Positions 18,246-27,705 of a stretch of 64,000 nt of DNA are shown one piece after another (the stretch's first letter is position 1; each line of letters starts with the position of its first letter). The DNA comes from Desulfurococcales archaeon (lineage in GTDB: Archaea > Thermoproteota > Thermoprotei_A > Sulfolobales > Desulfurococcaceae): the NCBI GenBank assembly GCA_027022365.1, contig JALVYU010000026.1, positions 448,001 to 512,000 on the forward strand, given 5' to 3'. The notes below the pieces were generated by a model, which was not told the DNA's origin, searched no databases, and saw nothing but the letters and a program-made list of their open reading frames with translations. The position numbers and the translations under genes are program-made.

Positions 18246-19109
18246 CTATTGTAAGACTAGTGGAGTAGTGTATGCATTTGGATTATTTAATACTTCCCTT
18301 ATGATCGAGTGAAGCTCTTGCGATTTCTTTAATGCTAGGTCTATGATATCGTCAAGTTGATTTGGTTTAATACCCTCCATGCCTGTCTTCTGAATACCAA
18401 CAATTCTTCCTTTTTCATCTACTCCAATGACTATCTTCGTATCAAGGACTGTTTCCTCTTCTAATGTTGGATCAACGATCATGTAGCCCTCGAGCAACCC
18501 AATAGATACCGTTACAACATTGAGATTTATCGGCAAAGGCCTCTCTTTTACTTTCTTTTCTATTATAACATCATCATCTTCAATGCTAACAATCTTGGGT
18601 ATTTTAGCCATGTTAAGCGATAACATCGTTGAAAGCATGCTGGCGTCAATAACGTTCCCATCATGATCTAGCAGATAAATATCATTGAATACTAGCCATA
18701 CCTTTTTACCCGGTATTATAACAAGGTCTTCAAGCCTAACAGCTCTGGGCTCCCTGAGACAACGATCAACTACTCTGGCCGCCTCAATAGCGTTTTCATC
18801 TGGTGGACCCGGCTCAAATGAAGGTGATGCGAGAGGAACAAACTCTGCATGTACTTGTAGAACCCCTTCATTTGGTCTGTCGCTAAATGGTGTGCCTATC
18901 TCCAGTTTAGTGCCCGTCATGACTGTTGTATCGCCTAGTTTGACAAGAGCACTCCCCTCAGCCTTGGGTACGGGGTTGAGCCATATACTTATTTTTCTAA
19001 ATTCCTCGGGTTTTCTCCCATCTATTCTCTCTCCTGATCTAATTAGGCTCTTTATGGTTTCCCTCTTTATCCTCGGAATTATTGGTTGTTTTGTTGGTGT
19101 GAGAGACAT
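18246..19109 (-). CDS. rrp42: Exosome complex component Rrp42
   Basis: RIDGR....FR, AEGSALVKLG, FEPGPPDENAIE, DHDGN. Confidence 0.95.
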   Translation of the reverse strand: MSLTPTKQPIIPRIKRETIKSLIRSGERIDGRKPEEFRKISIWLNPVPKAEGSALVKLGDTTVMTGTKLEIGTPFSDRPNEGVLQVHAEFVPLASPSFEPGPPDENAIEAARVVDRCLREPRAVRLEDLVIIPGKKVWLVFNDIYLLDHDGNVIDASMLSTMLSLNMAKIPKIVSIEDDDVIIEKKVKERPLPINLNVVTVSIGLLEGYMIVDPTLEEETVLDTKIVIGVDEKGRIVGIQKTGMEGIKPNQLDDIIDLALKKSQELHSIIREVLNNPNAYTTPLVLQ

Positions 19110-19119
19110 ATTTTTCACC

Positions 19120-19845
19120 TCACTTCTCAATAATCTTTAGATACTTGTCATGAAGAGTCTTCTTCATCTGATCATAAATCTTCCTAGCTCCTTCTTTGGC
19201 GAGCTCGATTGCTCTCCTGAACTCCTCGAGTGTGAGCACCCCGTTTAGCTGTAGTAGCATAATCTCATCGATACTTGCCGCATAACCTATAGGCATATCT
19301 GCTTCTCCATATTCGTCCTCCAGCTCATCAATATCAAGTACTAAAACACCATCAACCTTTCCTACAGCGACGCCTGCTATTAGGTCTCTCATGGGTATAC
19401 CCGCATCGGCTAATGCTAGCGAAGCCGCTGTTAGACCTGTTGTTCGTGTGCCTCCGTCTGCTTGTAGTACTTCTATGAATATATCTATACTTGTACGCGG
19501 GAATAGTTCACTGAATATGACGGCTTCGAGAGCTTCTCTGATCACCTTAGATAGCTCTATTTCCCTCCTGCTTGGAGCAGGGCTTTTCCTATCACTGGTT
19601 GAGAATGGTGCCATATGGTATCTGCATCTAATTAGTGCTCTATCGGGTAATGCCAAGTGTCTAGGGTGTACCTCCCTTGGCCCATACACTGCTGCAACGA
19701 CCTTTGTTCCACCATACTCCACGTAGGCTGAACCATCCGCATTCTTTAGGATTCCGACCTGCATTTTTATCGGTCTAAGCTCATCAGGTCTTCTGCCATC
19801 ATGCCTTAGCCCGTCATCTCTGATCAGAACGGGTTTTTCAATCAT
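19120..19845 (-). CDS. rrp41: Exosome complex exonuclease Rrp41
   Basis: R.DGR.PDELRP, YGPRE, RREIELS, ADGGTR, ED..GEADMP. Confidence 0.97.
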   Translation of the reverse strand: MIEKPVLIRDDGLRHDGRRPDELRPIKMQVGILKNADGSAYVEYGGTKVVAAVYGPREVHPRHLALPDRALIRCRYHMAPFSTSDRKSPAPSRREIELSKVIREALEAVIFSELFPRTSIDIFIEVLQADGGTRTTGLTAASLALADAGIPMRDLIAGVAVGKVDGVLVLDIDELEDEYGEADMPIGYAASIDEIMLLQLNGVLTLEEFRRAIELAKEGARKIYDQMKKTLHDKYLKIIEK

Positions 19846-19865
19846 ATACTCTCACCTATCATGAT

Positions 19866-20582
19866 TTAAGCAAGTTCTTTGTCTAGAAACATTCTTACAT
19901 ACTCGGTTAACCCACGCATATGGGCTCTTGACTCTATTAGTCTTATCGCTTTGACCGCTACCTCGCTGCTTCTTTCGTCTTTGCATCTTATCCATACAAC
20001 GCCATTCTGGGCAACCAGAATATTGCATCCTGTCTTACTTGTTAGAAGGTTTAGCATACTACCTTTTTTCCCAATGACTCTAGGTACTCTGCTAGGCTCT
20101 ATCTCTATTACAATGCCCTCGGTTATTTTCCCTAATCCTTTACCCTTGACTGTTAGCAAAAGATCTCGAGTTCTATCAAATACAGCTATTTTTGCGACAA
20201 TATAGTCGCCTACATCGATATAGTCTCTAAGGTTAGTTGTTATAGGGCTGAAGTTCTCAATCACTTCGCCAGCATTAAGCACGGCCTTGTACGGAGCCCT
20301 TATGTCTAGTAGCCAGTTTGTTATCCCGACACCAACTACTAATCCGATGACGGTATCTCCTACTCTCGGAAAATATCTGCCTTCAAGAGGTATAACTGAT
20401 ATATCGTTGTCATTGACAGAGGCTAGTCCAAGCACTGCCGATATGATCTTGTCTTCGTAGATGTAGACGTGTTTCTCGGGGTTATAGCTGGGCCTCCGGA
20501 TCTTTTGTTCCACTATAGCTAATATATCTCCTGGTCTGACGATTTGCCTATCTGCTACCAATATCTTTAGTTGACTAGACAT
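19866..20582 (-). CDS. rrp4: Exosome complex RNA-binding protein Rrp4
   Basis: S1 domain (Y.P.VGD.VIG) plus KH domain (VPRVIGKKGSM, QNG.VW). Confidence 0.95.
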   Translation of the reverse strand: MSSQLKILVADRQIVRPGDILAIVEQKIRRPSYNPEKHVYIYEDKIISAVLGLASVNDNDISVIPLEGRYFPRVGDTVIGLVVGVGITNWLLDIRAPYKAVLNAGEVIENFSPITTNLRDYIDVGDYIVAKIAVFDRTRDLLLTVKGKGLGKITEGIVIEIEPSRVPRVIGKKGSMLNLLTSKTGCNILVAQNGVVWIRCKDERSSEVAVKAIRLIESRAHMRGLTEYVRMFLDKELA

Positions 20583-20587
20583 AGTGT

Positions 20588-21283
20588 TCACCTTACATGT
20601 AGGATCTTTACTTGTGAGGAGCCATGAGTCACTTTATTTAATCTGTCTATGACTTCATCTTGCATTCCAGCGGGTATTTCTAGTTCTACAAGAAGGCTTC
20701 CATCGCTAAGCCAATTAGTTCGCTTAATAGTGCCGAGCGATGGAAGGATCTTGTACGCCTTCCCCGAATATTGTGGTGGGATCTTAACCGCGATATACGC
20801 CTTTGCCACTTTGATAGGTATTATCCTAGATATTTTTGATATTATTTCTTCAAACTGTGCCTCGGGTGGCTTGAAGGGATCTATGGATACTCGAGCCTGC
20901 TCCATAGCTAACTCTATTCTCTTAGGAGGTATGGGGAGTTTAGTCTTAGGGTCTATTACGTTCTTTGCTATGAGATTAATTATCTGCCTCTTCTTTAGTT
21001 CGAGTAGTTTTCTCCTCTGCTCAGCTGTTAAATGAATCTCTCCTCTTTTAATGATCTCTATGGCTACTTTTTTAATGTCGTCGGTGCCAAAAACGCTTTT
21101 GAGGGATTCGGGCGAGGCTTTTAGCCCTTTTCTAGCGTCTTTATACACTATGTCGCCTACAAGTAATTCATCAATGTTAACTTGTTTTCCTTCTTTTACC
21201 TTGAGGGCTAAATCAGGATTGACTAGAATCTCAAATCTATGACCCTTGTATTCAAAACGGGCAATTACATATTTCCCGGACAT
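20588..21283 (-). CDS. Ribosome assembly factor SBDS/Sdo1
   Basis: G.RFEILV, KDA.KG, GEI.LTAEQR, DP.T..P.PP.RI..AM. Confidence 0.95.
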   Translation of the reverse strand: MSGKYVIARFEYKGHRFEILVNPDLALKVKEGKQVNIDELLVGDIVYKDARKGLKASPESLKSVFGTDDIKKVAIEIIKRGEIHLTAEQRRKLLELKKRQIINLIAKNVIDPKTKLPIPPKRIELAMEQARVSIDPFKPPEAQFEEIISKISRIIPIKVAKAYIAVKIPPQYSGKAYKILPSLGTIKRTNWLSDGSLLVELEIPAGMQDEVIDRLNKVTHGSSQVKILHVR

Positions 21284-21342
21284 GTTATCACCAAGAAAAC
21301 CCTGCTGTTAAATAATTATTGTAAGCAATAAAATCCTCTAGA

Positions 21343-22080
21343 CTATGTTTGTTGTTCTTTGAGTTCCTCTAGGTACTTGGCGATTTCTTCAGTGCTGAGT
21401 ATTTTGAATGTTCTGGTCTTAGTGTCAACATATCCTATTTCTAAATTAGACGCTTCTAGCTTCTTTTCTAGAGCTTTTATTAGAGCGGATATTCCGATCT
21501 TTATTGTTTCTTTTATTGGAACATCGTATTTGTAGTGTTTTTCAAGGTATTCTGTAGCTGCGTTGCTTTTTGCGCCTAGAGCGACCGCATAATAGCTCAT
21601 GTACCTACCGCTAGGCTCGGTCATAATTAGTTGCGGGCCGTTCTCATCAACACCGACAAATATCACTGCTACACCAAAAGGTCTAACGCCAGCATGTTGT
21701 GTGTATGCTTGTTTTATATCACATATTTGCTTAGCAAGGTACTCAACCGTTATTGGTTCGTCATAGTAGAATCTATGTAATAAAGCGAGCTGACGTGCAT
21801 AGTCAACGAGTACTCTACCATCACTTGCTATTCCTGCGAAGCTAGCACCTATGTGGTCGTCTACCTTAAAGATCTTTTGTATTGGTGAAGTATCCATTAA
21901 AGGCGATATCTTTCTTTTCTCAACGATTACGGCAGCACCTTCTTTTCCTCTAATGCCAATAGTCGTCCATCCTTGCCTTACTGCCTCGAATGCATACTCT
22001 ACTTGGTATAGACGCCCGTCAGGCGAGAATATCGTTATTGCTCTATCGTATGCTGCTGCGGCCGATATACCTAGACCCAT
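21343..22080 (-). CDS. psmA: Proteasome subunit alpha
   Basis: YDRAITIFSPDGRLYQVEYA, YTQ..GVRPFGV. Confidence 0.98.
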   Translation of the reverse strand: MGLGISAAAAYDRAITIFSPDGRLYQVEYAFEAVRQGWTTIGIRGKEGAAVIVEKRKISPLMDTSPIQKIFKVDDHIGASFAGIASDGRVLVDYARQLALLHRFYYDEPITVEYLAKQICDIKQAYTQHAGVRPFGVAVIFVGVDENGPQLIMTEPSGRYMSYYAVALGAKSNAATEYLEKHYKYDVPIKETIKIGISALIKALEKKLEASNLEIGYVDTKTRTFKILSTEEIAKYLEELKEQQT

Positions 22081-22171
22081 GAAAGCATCCCTCGATATTA
22101 AAATATTATTCTACCTCTAAACCCTAATGTTTTAGAGAGCAATATTAAATTTGTTACAGAAGACTGTTCGC

Positions 22172-22229
22172 CCTATGATGAAGAGTCCGACTACTGAGCC
22201 CTGCAATGAGGAGATAACGGGTTCTGAGG
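22172..22229 (+). ncRNA. Box C/D guide sRNA
   Basis: C ATGATGA (22175-22181), 12-nt guide, D' CTGA (22194-22197), C' ATGAGGA (22206-22212), 11-nt guide, D CTGA (22224-22227), CC/GG ends. Confidence 0.85.
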
Positions 22230-22250
22230 ATATGAATACTCTATATAAAA

Positions 22251-22357
22251 TGGTGCGGGGGGTGGGATTTGAACCCACGCAGGCCTACGCCAGCGGATCT
22301 CCCCCCAGGCACCTGGACTTAAGTCCGCCCCCTTTGACCAGGCTCGGGCACCCCCGC
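22251..22357 (-). tRNA. tRNA-Leu(TAA) with 19-nt intron at 37/38 (intron 22299-22317)
   Basis: GCGGGGGTGCCCGAG..., anticodon arm GCGGA-CT-TAA-G|intron|A-TCCGC, long variable arm, encoded CCA. Confidence 0.93.
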
Positions 22358-22400
22358 ACCTAAATGTTGTACAACTATTTTTTGTCCTTTTATCTTTTAT

Positions 22401-22459
22401 AGGAGTCAGTTCGTCGCGAGGTCTTCATCGTCTCGTGTTTGGAGCGGCCTCATCATCCT
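22401..22459 (-). ncRNA. Box C/D guide sRNA
   Basis: Minus strand: AGG-ATGATGA (C), guide GGCCGCTCCAAAC, degenerate D' ACGA, C' ATGAAGA, guide CCTCGCGACGAA, D CTGA, CTCCT end. Confidence 0.78.
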
Positions 22460-22498
22460 GTCCTAGTAAATGATTGTTAGGGCTTTTTATTATTATTT

Positions 22499-22984
22499 TT
22501 ATTTTGGCTGAAGATCACGGCGTAGCATGTAAAGTTTCTTCTGAGCTCTCTTTAGAGTTCCCGAAACTGTTATTGGTATGAGCAGGCATTTCACACCGTT
22601 TATTTCATGAATTATTCCAAGCAGTGCTAAACACTCCTTTTTATATACATGCCTTATTCTAATAATTCCCCTTTGTATTGATGGTTCAAAGTATATGAGC
22701 TGGGGATCAGCCCTAGAAAGTGATAATTCACCGAAAATTTCTCTCCACATATTCCGTATTGCTTTCTCGATATCCTTCTTACCTAGATCTTGTTCTGAAA
22801 CTACTGCGAATACTATGTATCTCTTTCTTATTCTGCCATGCTTCTTTCTCCTCTTCATTGTAATTAGATCATAAATATATCTTAGTCTGCGTTCTACTAT
22901 CTTTATTCTATTGATAACAAGCACCAATGTTGCCACACTAAACATTACTGCAATAAATGAAATTATTAGTGGTAATGAAATCAT
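22499..22984 (-). CDS. rnp2: Ribonuclease P protein component 2 (Pop5/Rpp14) with N-terminal hydrophobic helix
   Basis: RKRYIVF, FGE, GIIR..H, SGTLKRA; ATGA overlap with Rpp30. Confidence 0.88.
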   Translation of the reverse strand: MISLPLIISFIAVMFSVATLVLVINRIKIVERRLRYIYDLITMKRRKKHGRIRKRYIVFAVVSEQDLGKKDIEKAIRNMWREIFGELSLSRADPQLIYFEPSIQRGIIRIRHVYKKECLALLGIIHEINGVKCLLIPITVSGTLKRAQKKLYMLRRDLQPK

Positions 22985-23598
22985 ATGTGTACACCATTCT
23001 TAACCATGAGTTCTCGCGTGTAATTAGTAAGCATTACTAGAACATCTTTCATAGGTATACGTAGGAGTATGCTTCCCAATGCAGTATAAGATATTGGGGC
23101 CGGTATCTCATTCCATTCATGAGCCCACGAACTAAGTATTATTGTTACATTGTATTTCAACGCTAAATCTATTCTACGTATAATCATTGCTTTAACACTT
23201 GATGGGCTAGTAATTAAGGTATTGATGGGTACTTCTAATGGTTTAGAGAAGCGTTTCAGCATTGCTATTTCGGTCTTATCAATATACCTTACACTGTCTG
23301 AGACTAATACGACCGTATCAACTCTCCCATCGCGTGCGGCAAAACGTGCAGCTTCAATTGATAAAGGGACTACAGCAGTAATGAATGAGCGCGATTTTTC
23401 ATTCCTAATATCGTGTTTCAAACTCTTTTGTGATTCGCTATAAATTGTTGATTTTCTGACGGCTATGAAATTGTTTTTTCTGATAATTTTACGATTGAGT
23501 CCCTCTATGCAAGCGGCTCTATAACCTAGAATTGTATAGGTTTCAATACATTTTTCGTTGTTGCAAAAACTCCCTATATCTATTAATGGGATATTCAA
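22981..23598 (-). CDS. rnp3: Ribonuclease P protein component 3 (Rpp30)
   Basis: AARFAA.D.RVD, LSS.A....E...P; conserved operon position. Confidence 0.8.
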   Translation of the reverse strand: MNIPLIDIGSFCNNEKCIETYTILGYRAACIEGLNRKIIRKNNFIAVRKSTIYSESQKSLKHDIRNEKSRSFITAVVPLSIEAARFAARDGRVDTVVLVSDSVRYIDKTEIAMLKRFSKPLEVPINTLITSPSSVKAMIIRRIDLALKYNVTIILSSWAHEWNEIPAPISYTALGSILLRIPMKDVLVMLTNYTRELMVKNGVHI

Positions 23599-23602
23599 TA
23601 CC

Positions 23603-24055
23603 TTAGATCAGCCCCATTTCCCTTAATATGTTCTTTACATCATTTAATCTGTGTTTACCTCTAAAAGATACTACAACCTTGATTACATCATCAGAGTCAT
23701 CTATTGATAATCTGTTTCTATAGGCTTGTTGTTTACTAAATCTCAGATATAGTTTGTTTGATTTAGTATCATACCTTAGATCGAGGCTAGCCCTTATTAT
23801 TGACTTATCAATGCTAGAGAGAGTGCTCGATATGTGCTTTAGTATCATTAGTGTTTTTTCGCCCGATATTTTCAGAGTCAGAATTTTTATTTCGTTTCCA
23901 TAGAATCCATGTACTGTTTCGACCTTGAGTCTAGAAGAGAGTTCATATCTAAGCTCCGATGGAATAATGTTTAAAATTGCCTTTTTTACCTTATTGAGAT
24001 CTTCTGTTGAATGACAATGACTAGAAATTATTAATTCATTTATTTTAGGTTCCAT
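23603..24055 (-). CDS. Predicted RNA-binding exosome-operon protein (DUF54)
   Basis: H.TED..KV..A, G.YGN.I, LYLRFSKQ.A, D.IKV. Confidence 0.85.
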   Translation of the reverse strand: MEPKINELIISSHCHSTEDLNKVKKAILNIIPSELRYELSSRLKVETVHGFYGNEIKILTLKISGEKTLMILKHISSTLSSIDKSIIRASLDLRYDTKSNKLYLRFSKQQAYRNRLSIDDSDDVIKVVVSFRGKHRLNDVKNILREMGLI

Positions 24056-24057
24056 CT

Positions 24058-24720
24058 TTACTCTTCAGCCTTTTTAGCAGCTACCTGCCACGGATCGCGT
24101 GCTCCACGGCTGGCTTCATGTCTCTTTCTTAGCATTCTCTCACGTTGTTTCTTCTTCCACTTATGTTTTATAGTGTACTTTAGTCCTCTACTCTTTCTCA
24201 GCCCTCTCATCTTCTTGCCTGCACTTGTTAAACCCCTGAACACGCGTCCCTTGTGCTGTTTCTCACAGATCCAACCGATGTCTTTATCATTACATATAGC
24301 TGGATGATGTGGGTCGACGAGGATTACTTCGTACCACTTGTAATTCCCATCTTCTCCCACATAATAGCTGTTGAGCACTTCTAGGTTAGGGTACTTCCTA
24401 GCTGCTCTTTCCTCAGCTATTAGTCTTAGGCTCTTGGCGGGTGCGAATCCGTAGATACCCATTCTCTTCGGGCGCCTACCCTTGTTGGGCCTTGGTTTTC
24501 TTAGTCCGCCTTTTCTAATACGCACCCTTACCACTACGAAGCCCGGCTTAGCTTTGTAGCCTAGTGCTCTAGCTCTGTTTAGACGTGTGGGTTTGGCGAT
24601 CCTTATTACCGCGGGCTCTTTTCTCCATTTTATAAGCCTCTGCTTCATAACCTCTTTCATTTCGCCATCATATGGTCGCTTCCATAGTTCTGCGATGAAG
24701 TGATACATGCTTTTTACCAT
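24058..24720 (-). CDS. rpl15e: 50S ribosomal protein L15e
   Basis: [39 protein letters not shown]. Confidence 0.98.
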   Translation of the reverse strand: MVKSMYHFIAELWKRPYDGEMKEVMKQRLIKWRKEPAVIRIAKPTRLNRARALGYKAKPGFVVVRVRIRKGGLRKPRPNKGRRPKRMGIYGFAPAKSLRLIAEERAARKYPNLEVLNSYYVGEDGNYKWYEVILVDPHHPAICNDKDIGWICEKQHKGRVFRGLTSAGKKMRGLRKSRGLKYTIKHKWKKKQRERMLRKRHEASRGARDPWQVAAKKAEE

Positions 24721-24838
24721 TATCCTTACACCATTCCTGCTCCTAGCTAGTCCAATATCATATTAGATTTGGGTTTATAAAGCTTGAACACCCTTTTCTT
24801 ATATAGCTATATCATTGCAACACCTATGGTGAGAGTTT

Positions 24839-26065
24839 TTGCCGCCACCCGAAAAAATAGTTGGGATTATCGGTAAAACCAATGTTGGTAAGTCAACATT
24901 ATTTACAGCACTAACATTGGCTCCCGCACAGATAGCCAATCATCCTTTCACAACTATTAAGCCCAATATCGGCGTTGGTTATGTGAGGAAACAATGTGTT
25001 CATGTGGAACTTGGTCTCAAAGGCTGTAATCCTAGGACTGGTATGTGTATAAATGGTAATCGATTCATACCGGTTAAAATAATGGATGTGGCTGGCCTCA
25101 TACCTGGGGCCAGCGAGGGACGCGGACTAGGTAACAAGTTCATGGATGATCTAAGGCAAGCCGACGTGCTGGTCCATGTTGTAGACGCTAGCGGTTCAAC
25201 AGCTCCCGATGGTACACCTGCCTCGCCGGGCACGTACGATCCTGTTGAAGAAGCCAAACTTATTCAGGAAGAGGTAGACAAATGGTTTATAAACATAATC
25301 CTCCGCATATGGGAAAATAAGATCTCAAGATACATATATACTATACGTGACCCGATAGATTATCTCTCACAGACTCTTTCCGGCCTAAGTATTAGTAAGC
25401 AATACATAGTAGAGACAGTGAACAAGCTGGGTCTCCCAACAAAGCTAATGAAATGGAGTAAGGATGACGTCATCAAATTCGCTAGAACGCTCAGACGCCT
25501 AAGCAAGCCCATTATAATAGCGGCAAACAAGATGGATCTGCCACATGCCGAGGAAAACATCCGGAGACTAAAAGAAGAATTCGGGGAACACATGGTAGTC
25601 CCAATAAGTGCTCTCGCAGAGCTTATTCTAAGGAAAGCCTCTGCTGCAGGCCTAATACGCTACTTGCCCGGAGATAAAGATTTCGAAGTAATTGCTCCCG
25701 AAAAACTATCAGCTCAGCAAAAAAAAGCCCTAGAGCTTGTCAGAAAGAAGGTGCTTGAAAAATATGGTTCCACAGGTGTGCAAGAACTTCTGAACAAGGC
25801 AATATTTGATGTCCTCAAACTAATAGTGGTTTATCCTGTCGAGGATCACAAGAAGTATACTGACCACTCAGGCAGGATTCTTCCCGACGCGTATCTGGTG
25901 CCTAAGGGTACAACAGCTATTGAACTAGCGTACATGATACATACCGACCTAGGTAAAACATTCCTATACGCTATCAATGCTAAGACTGGTGAAAGGTTAG
26001 GTGAAGACTATGTTCTCAGAGACAATGATGTTATCAAGATTGTTGCTGCCGCCGCCCATAGATAG
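24839..26065 (+). CDS. ychF: Obg-family GTPase/ATPase YchF-like (archaeal, TGS domain)
   Basis: GKTNVGKST, PFTTI.PN, DVAGL, NK.D, C-terminal TGS (HTDL...F). Confidence 0.9.
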   Translation: MPPPEKIVGIIGKTNVGKSTLFTALTLAPAQIANHPFTTIKPNIGVGYVRKQCVHVELGLKGCNPRTGMCINGNRFIPVKIMDVAGLIPGASEGRGLGNKFMDDLRQADVLVHVVDASGSTAPDGTPASPGTYDPVEEAKLIQEEVDKWFINIILRIWENKISRYIYTIRDPIDYLSQTLSGLSISKQYIVETVNKLGLPTKLMKWSKDDVIKFARTLRRLSKPIIIAANKMDLPHAEENIRRLKEEFGEHMVVPISALAELILRKASAAGLIRYLPGDKDFEVIAPEKLSAQQKKALELVRKKVLEKYGSTGVQELLNKAIFDVLKLIVVYPVEDHKKYTDHSGRILPDAYLVPKGTTAIELAYMIHTDLGKTFLYAINAKTGERLGEDYVLRDNDVIKIVAAAAHR

Positions 26066-26417
26066 ATTTTCTACGTAGGTTGTTCCAGAAGTCCTGGGCT
26101 CTCTTATAATAATAATCATCCTCTTTCCTAGGGCCGAAATAAGATAGGCCTTTCTCAGTAAGTAGCTTCCTATACTCGGCCGCTTCACTCGCCCTGATCT
26201 CACCGTGTTTCTCGAGGTAATCTATGACTTTCAATGCTTCATCGATGCTTTTGCATCTACGAATATAATCCTCAATACCGGGTGTATAGCCCCGCCATGG
26301 ATCAGGTACTCCTATGTTTACTCGAAGACTCAATTGTTGTTCGTTATCAAGGATCTCATTGGCTAAGTGGGGGAATTTTTTCTTAAAGTCTTCGATCCGC
26401 ATCTTCATGGTCTTCAT
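26034..26417 (-). CDS. DUF2095 family protein
   Basis: FKK.FP.LA.E, GY.P...DY.RRC, EAL.VI.YLE..GEI, FG..K...YY. Confidence 0.75.
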   Translation of the reverse strand: MKTMKMRIEDFKKKFPHLANEILDNEQQLSLRVNIGVPDPWRGYTPGIEDYIRRCKSIDEALKVIDYLEKHGEIRASEAAEYRKLLTEKGLSYFGPRKEDDYYYKRAQDFWNNLRRKSIYGRRQQQS

Positions 26418-27705
26418 CTCCTTTCTCGTTTTTAATCGGTGTTATATAGGGTTTTATCGATACCTTGTAAAAGCTATGTGATGGCACATCTTGGGCAACT
26501 ATAACACCTGGGTAAATCCAAGAATAACATCCGATCTTAACTCCCGGCAGTACCGAAACATTCACACCAGTCTTAGCGTAAGAGCCTATCACGCTGCCAA
26601 ATTTTCTTCTTCCGCTTGAGATCATTTTTCCCCTGATAAGAGACTTGACTGGTTTATCGTCGAATCGAAGATTTGCGATCATTGTACCAGCGCCTAGATT
26701 TACATGGTCACAAATAATGGAGTCACCTACGTATGCGAAATGGCTGATCTTTGCGTGCTCCATTATTAGGCTACTTTTTATTTCGACTGAAAACCCTATT
26801 CGTGTATTATTACATATTACAGTATATGGTCTGATTCTAGTGTTCGGCCCTATCTTGGCATTTTCACCTATATATACCGGTCCTTCTATGTATGTTCCAG
26901 GCTTTATAGTGGTTTTATCGCCTATATATGCTGGTCCCTCAATGTATGCTGGGCATTCTTTAGAGTTCGAACCGAGTATATCCTCTAGGAACTTATCAAG
27001 AGCTAATTTGTTGGCCTCCAGTAAATTCCATGGTAGTCCAATATCAATCCATGACTCTTTATCTATTGTTTTGACAGCAATAGATAAACCGCCTTCAGAT
27101 ACTGCTTTATTTATCGCGTCCGTGAACTCTATTTCGCCGCGGGGGCTAGGTGGTGTATTAATGTATTTGATTATCTCGTTTGGCCTAATAACATATATAC
27201 CAGCATTTATTAAATTTGATGACGGCTTTGATGGTTTCTCGACTATCTTCTCTAACTGATTATTATCCCTAAGATACAAGACACCATAATTCTCTGGATC
27301 GGGAACCGGCACACCTACTATTACATTCTCACCTGAGCTAGCCAATGTAGAGTATAGATCCCATTCACCAAGAAATAGATCACTATAGGTTATTAGTATA
27401 GGTTCGCTGGTCACATCTATTTTTTCGAGGGCTGTTTTTACAGCGTGGCCTGTGCCGAGCTCATCTTCTTGTTCTACATAACGGATCTTTTTCTTCAGGG
27501 AGAATGAATTGACTAGTGATATAATCTTTTCCTTCATATAGCCTATAACAATGATTATCTCATCGATCTCAGGTACTTGTTCTAAAGCATCTAGGTGCCA
27601 TCGAATTAATGGCTTACACATTACCGGAATACATGGCTTAGGTATTGTTTCTGTTATTGGCCAGAGTCTTTCCCCCTTCCCCGCCGCCAATATTATTGCC
27701 TTCAA
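26383..27705 (-). CDS. glmU: Bifunctional sugar-1-phosphate nucleotidylyltransferase/acetyltransferase (GlmU-like)
   Basis: LAAGKGERL.P.T...PK, EQ...LGTG.A, hexapeptide repeats, NLGAGT..ANLRFD. Confidence 0.88.
   Translation of the reverse strand: MKAIILAAGKGERLWPITETIPKPCIPVMCKPLIRWHLDALEQVPEIDEIIIVIGYMKEKIISLVNSFSLKKKIRYVEQEDELGTGHAVKTALEKIDVTSEPILITYSDLFLGEWDLYSTLASSGENVIVGVPVPDPENYGVLYLRDNNQLEKIVEKPSKPSSNLINAGIYVIRPNEIIKYINTPPSPRGEIEFTDAINKAVSEGGLSIAVKTIDKESWIDIGLPWNLLEANKLALDKFLEDILGSNSKECPAYIEGPAYIGDKTTIKPGTYIEGPVYIGENAKIGPNTRIRPYTVICNNTRIGFSVEIKSSLIMEHAKISHFAYVGDSIICDHVNLGAGTMIANLRFDDKPVKSLIRGKMISSGRRKFGSVIGSYAKTGVNVSVLPGVKIGCYSWIYPGVIVAQDVPSHSFYKVSIKPYITPIKNEKGDEDHEDADRRL

Noticed and set aside
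22151-22363. 70-aa ORF over tRNA-Leu (MVRGVGFEPT)
   Set aside because: Fully explained by a C/D sRNA plus the antisense of tRNA-Leu.
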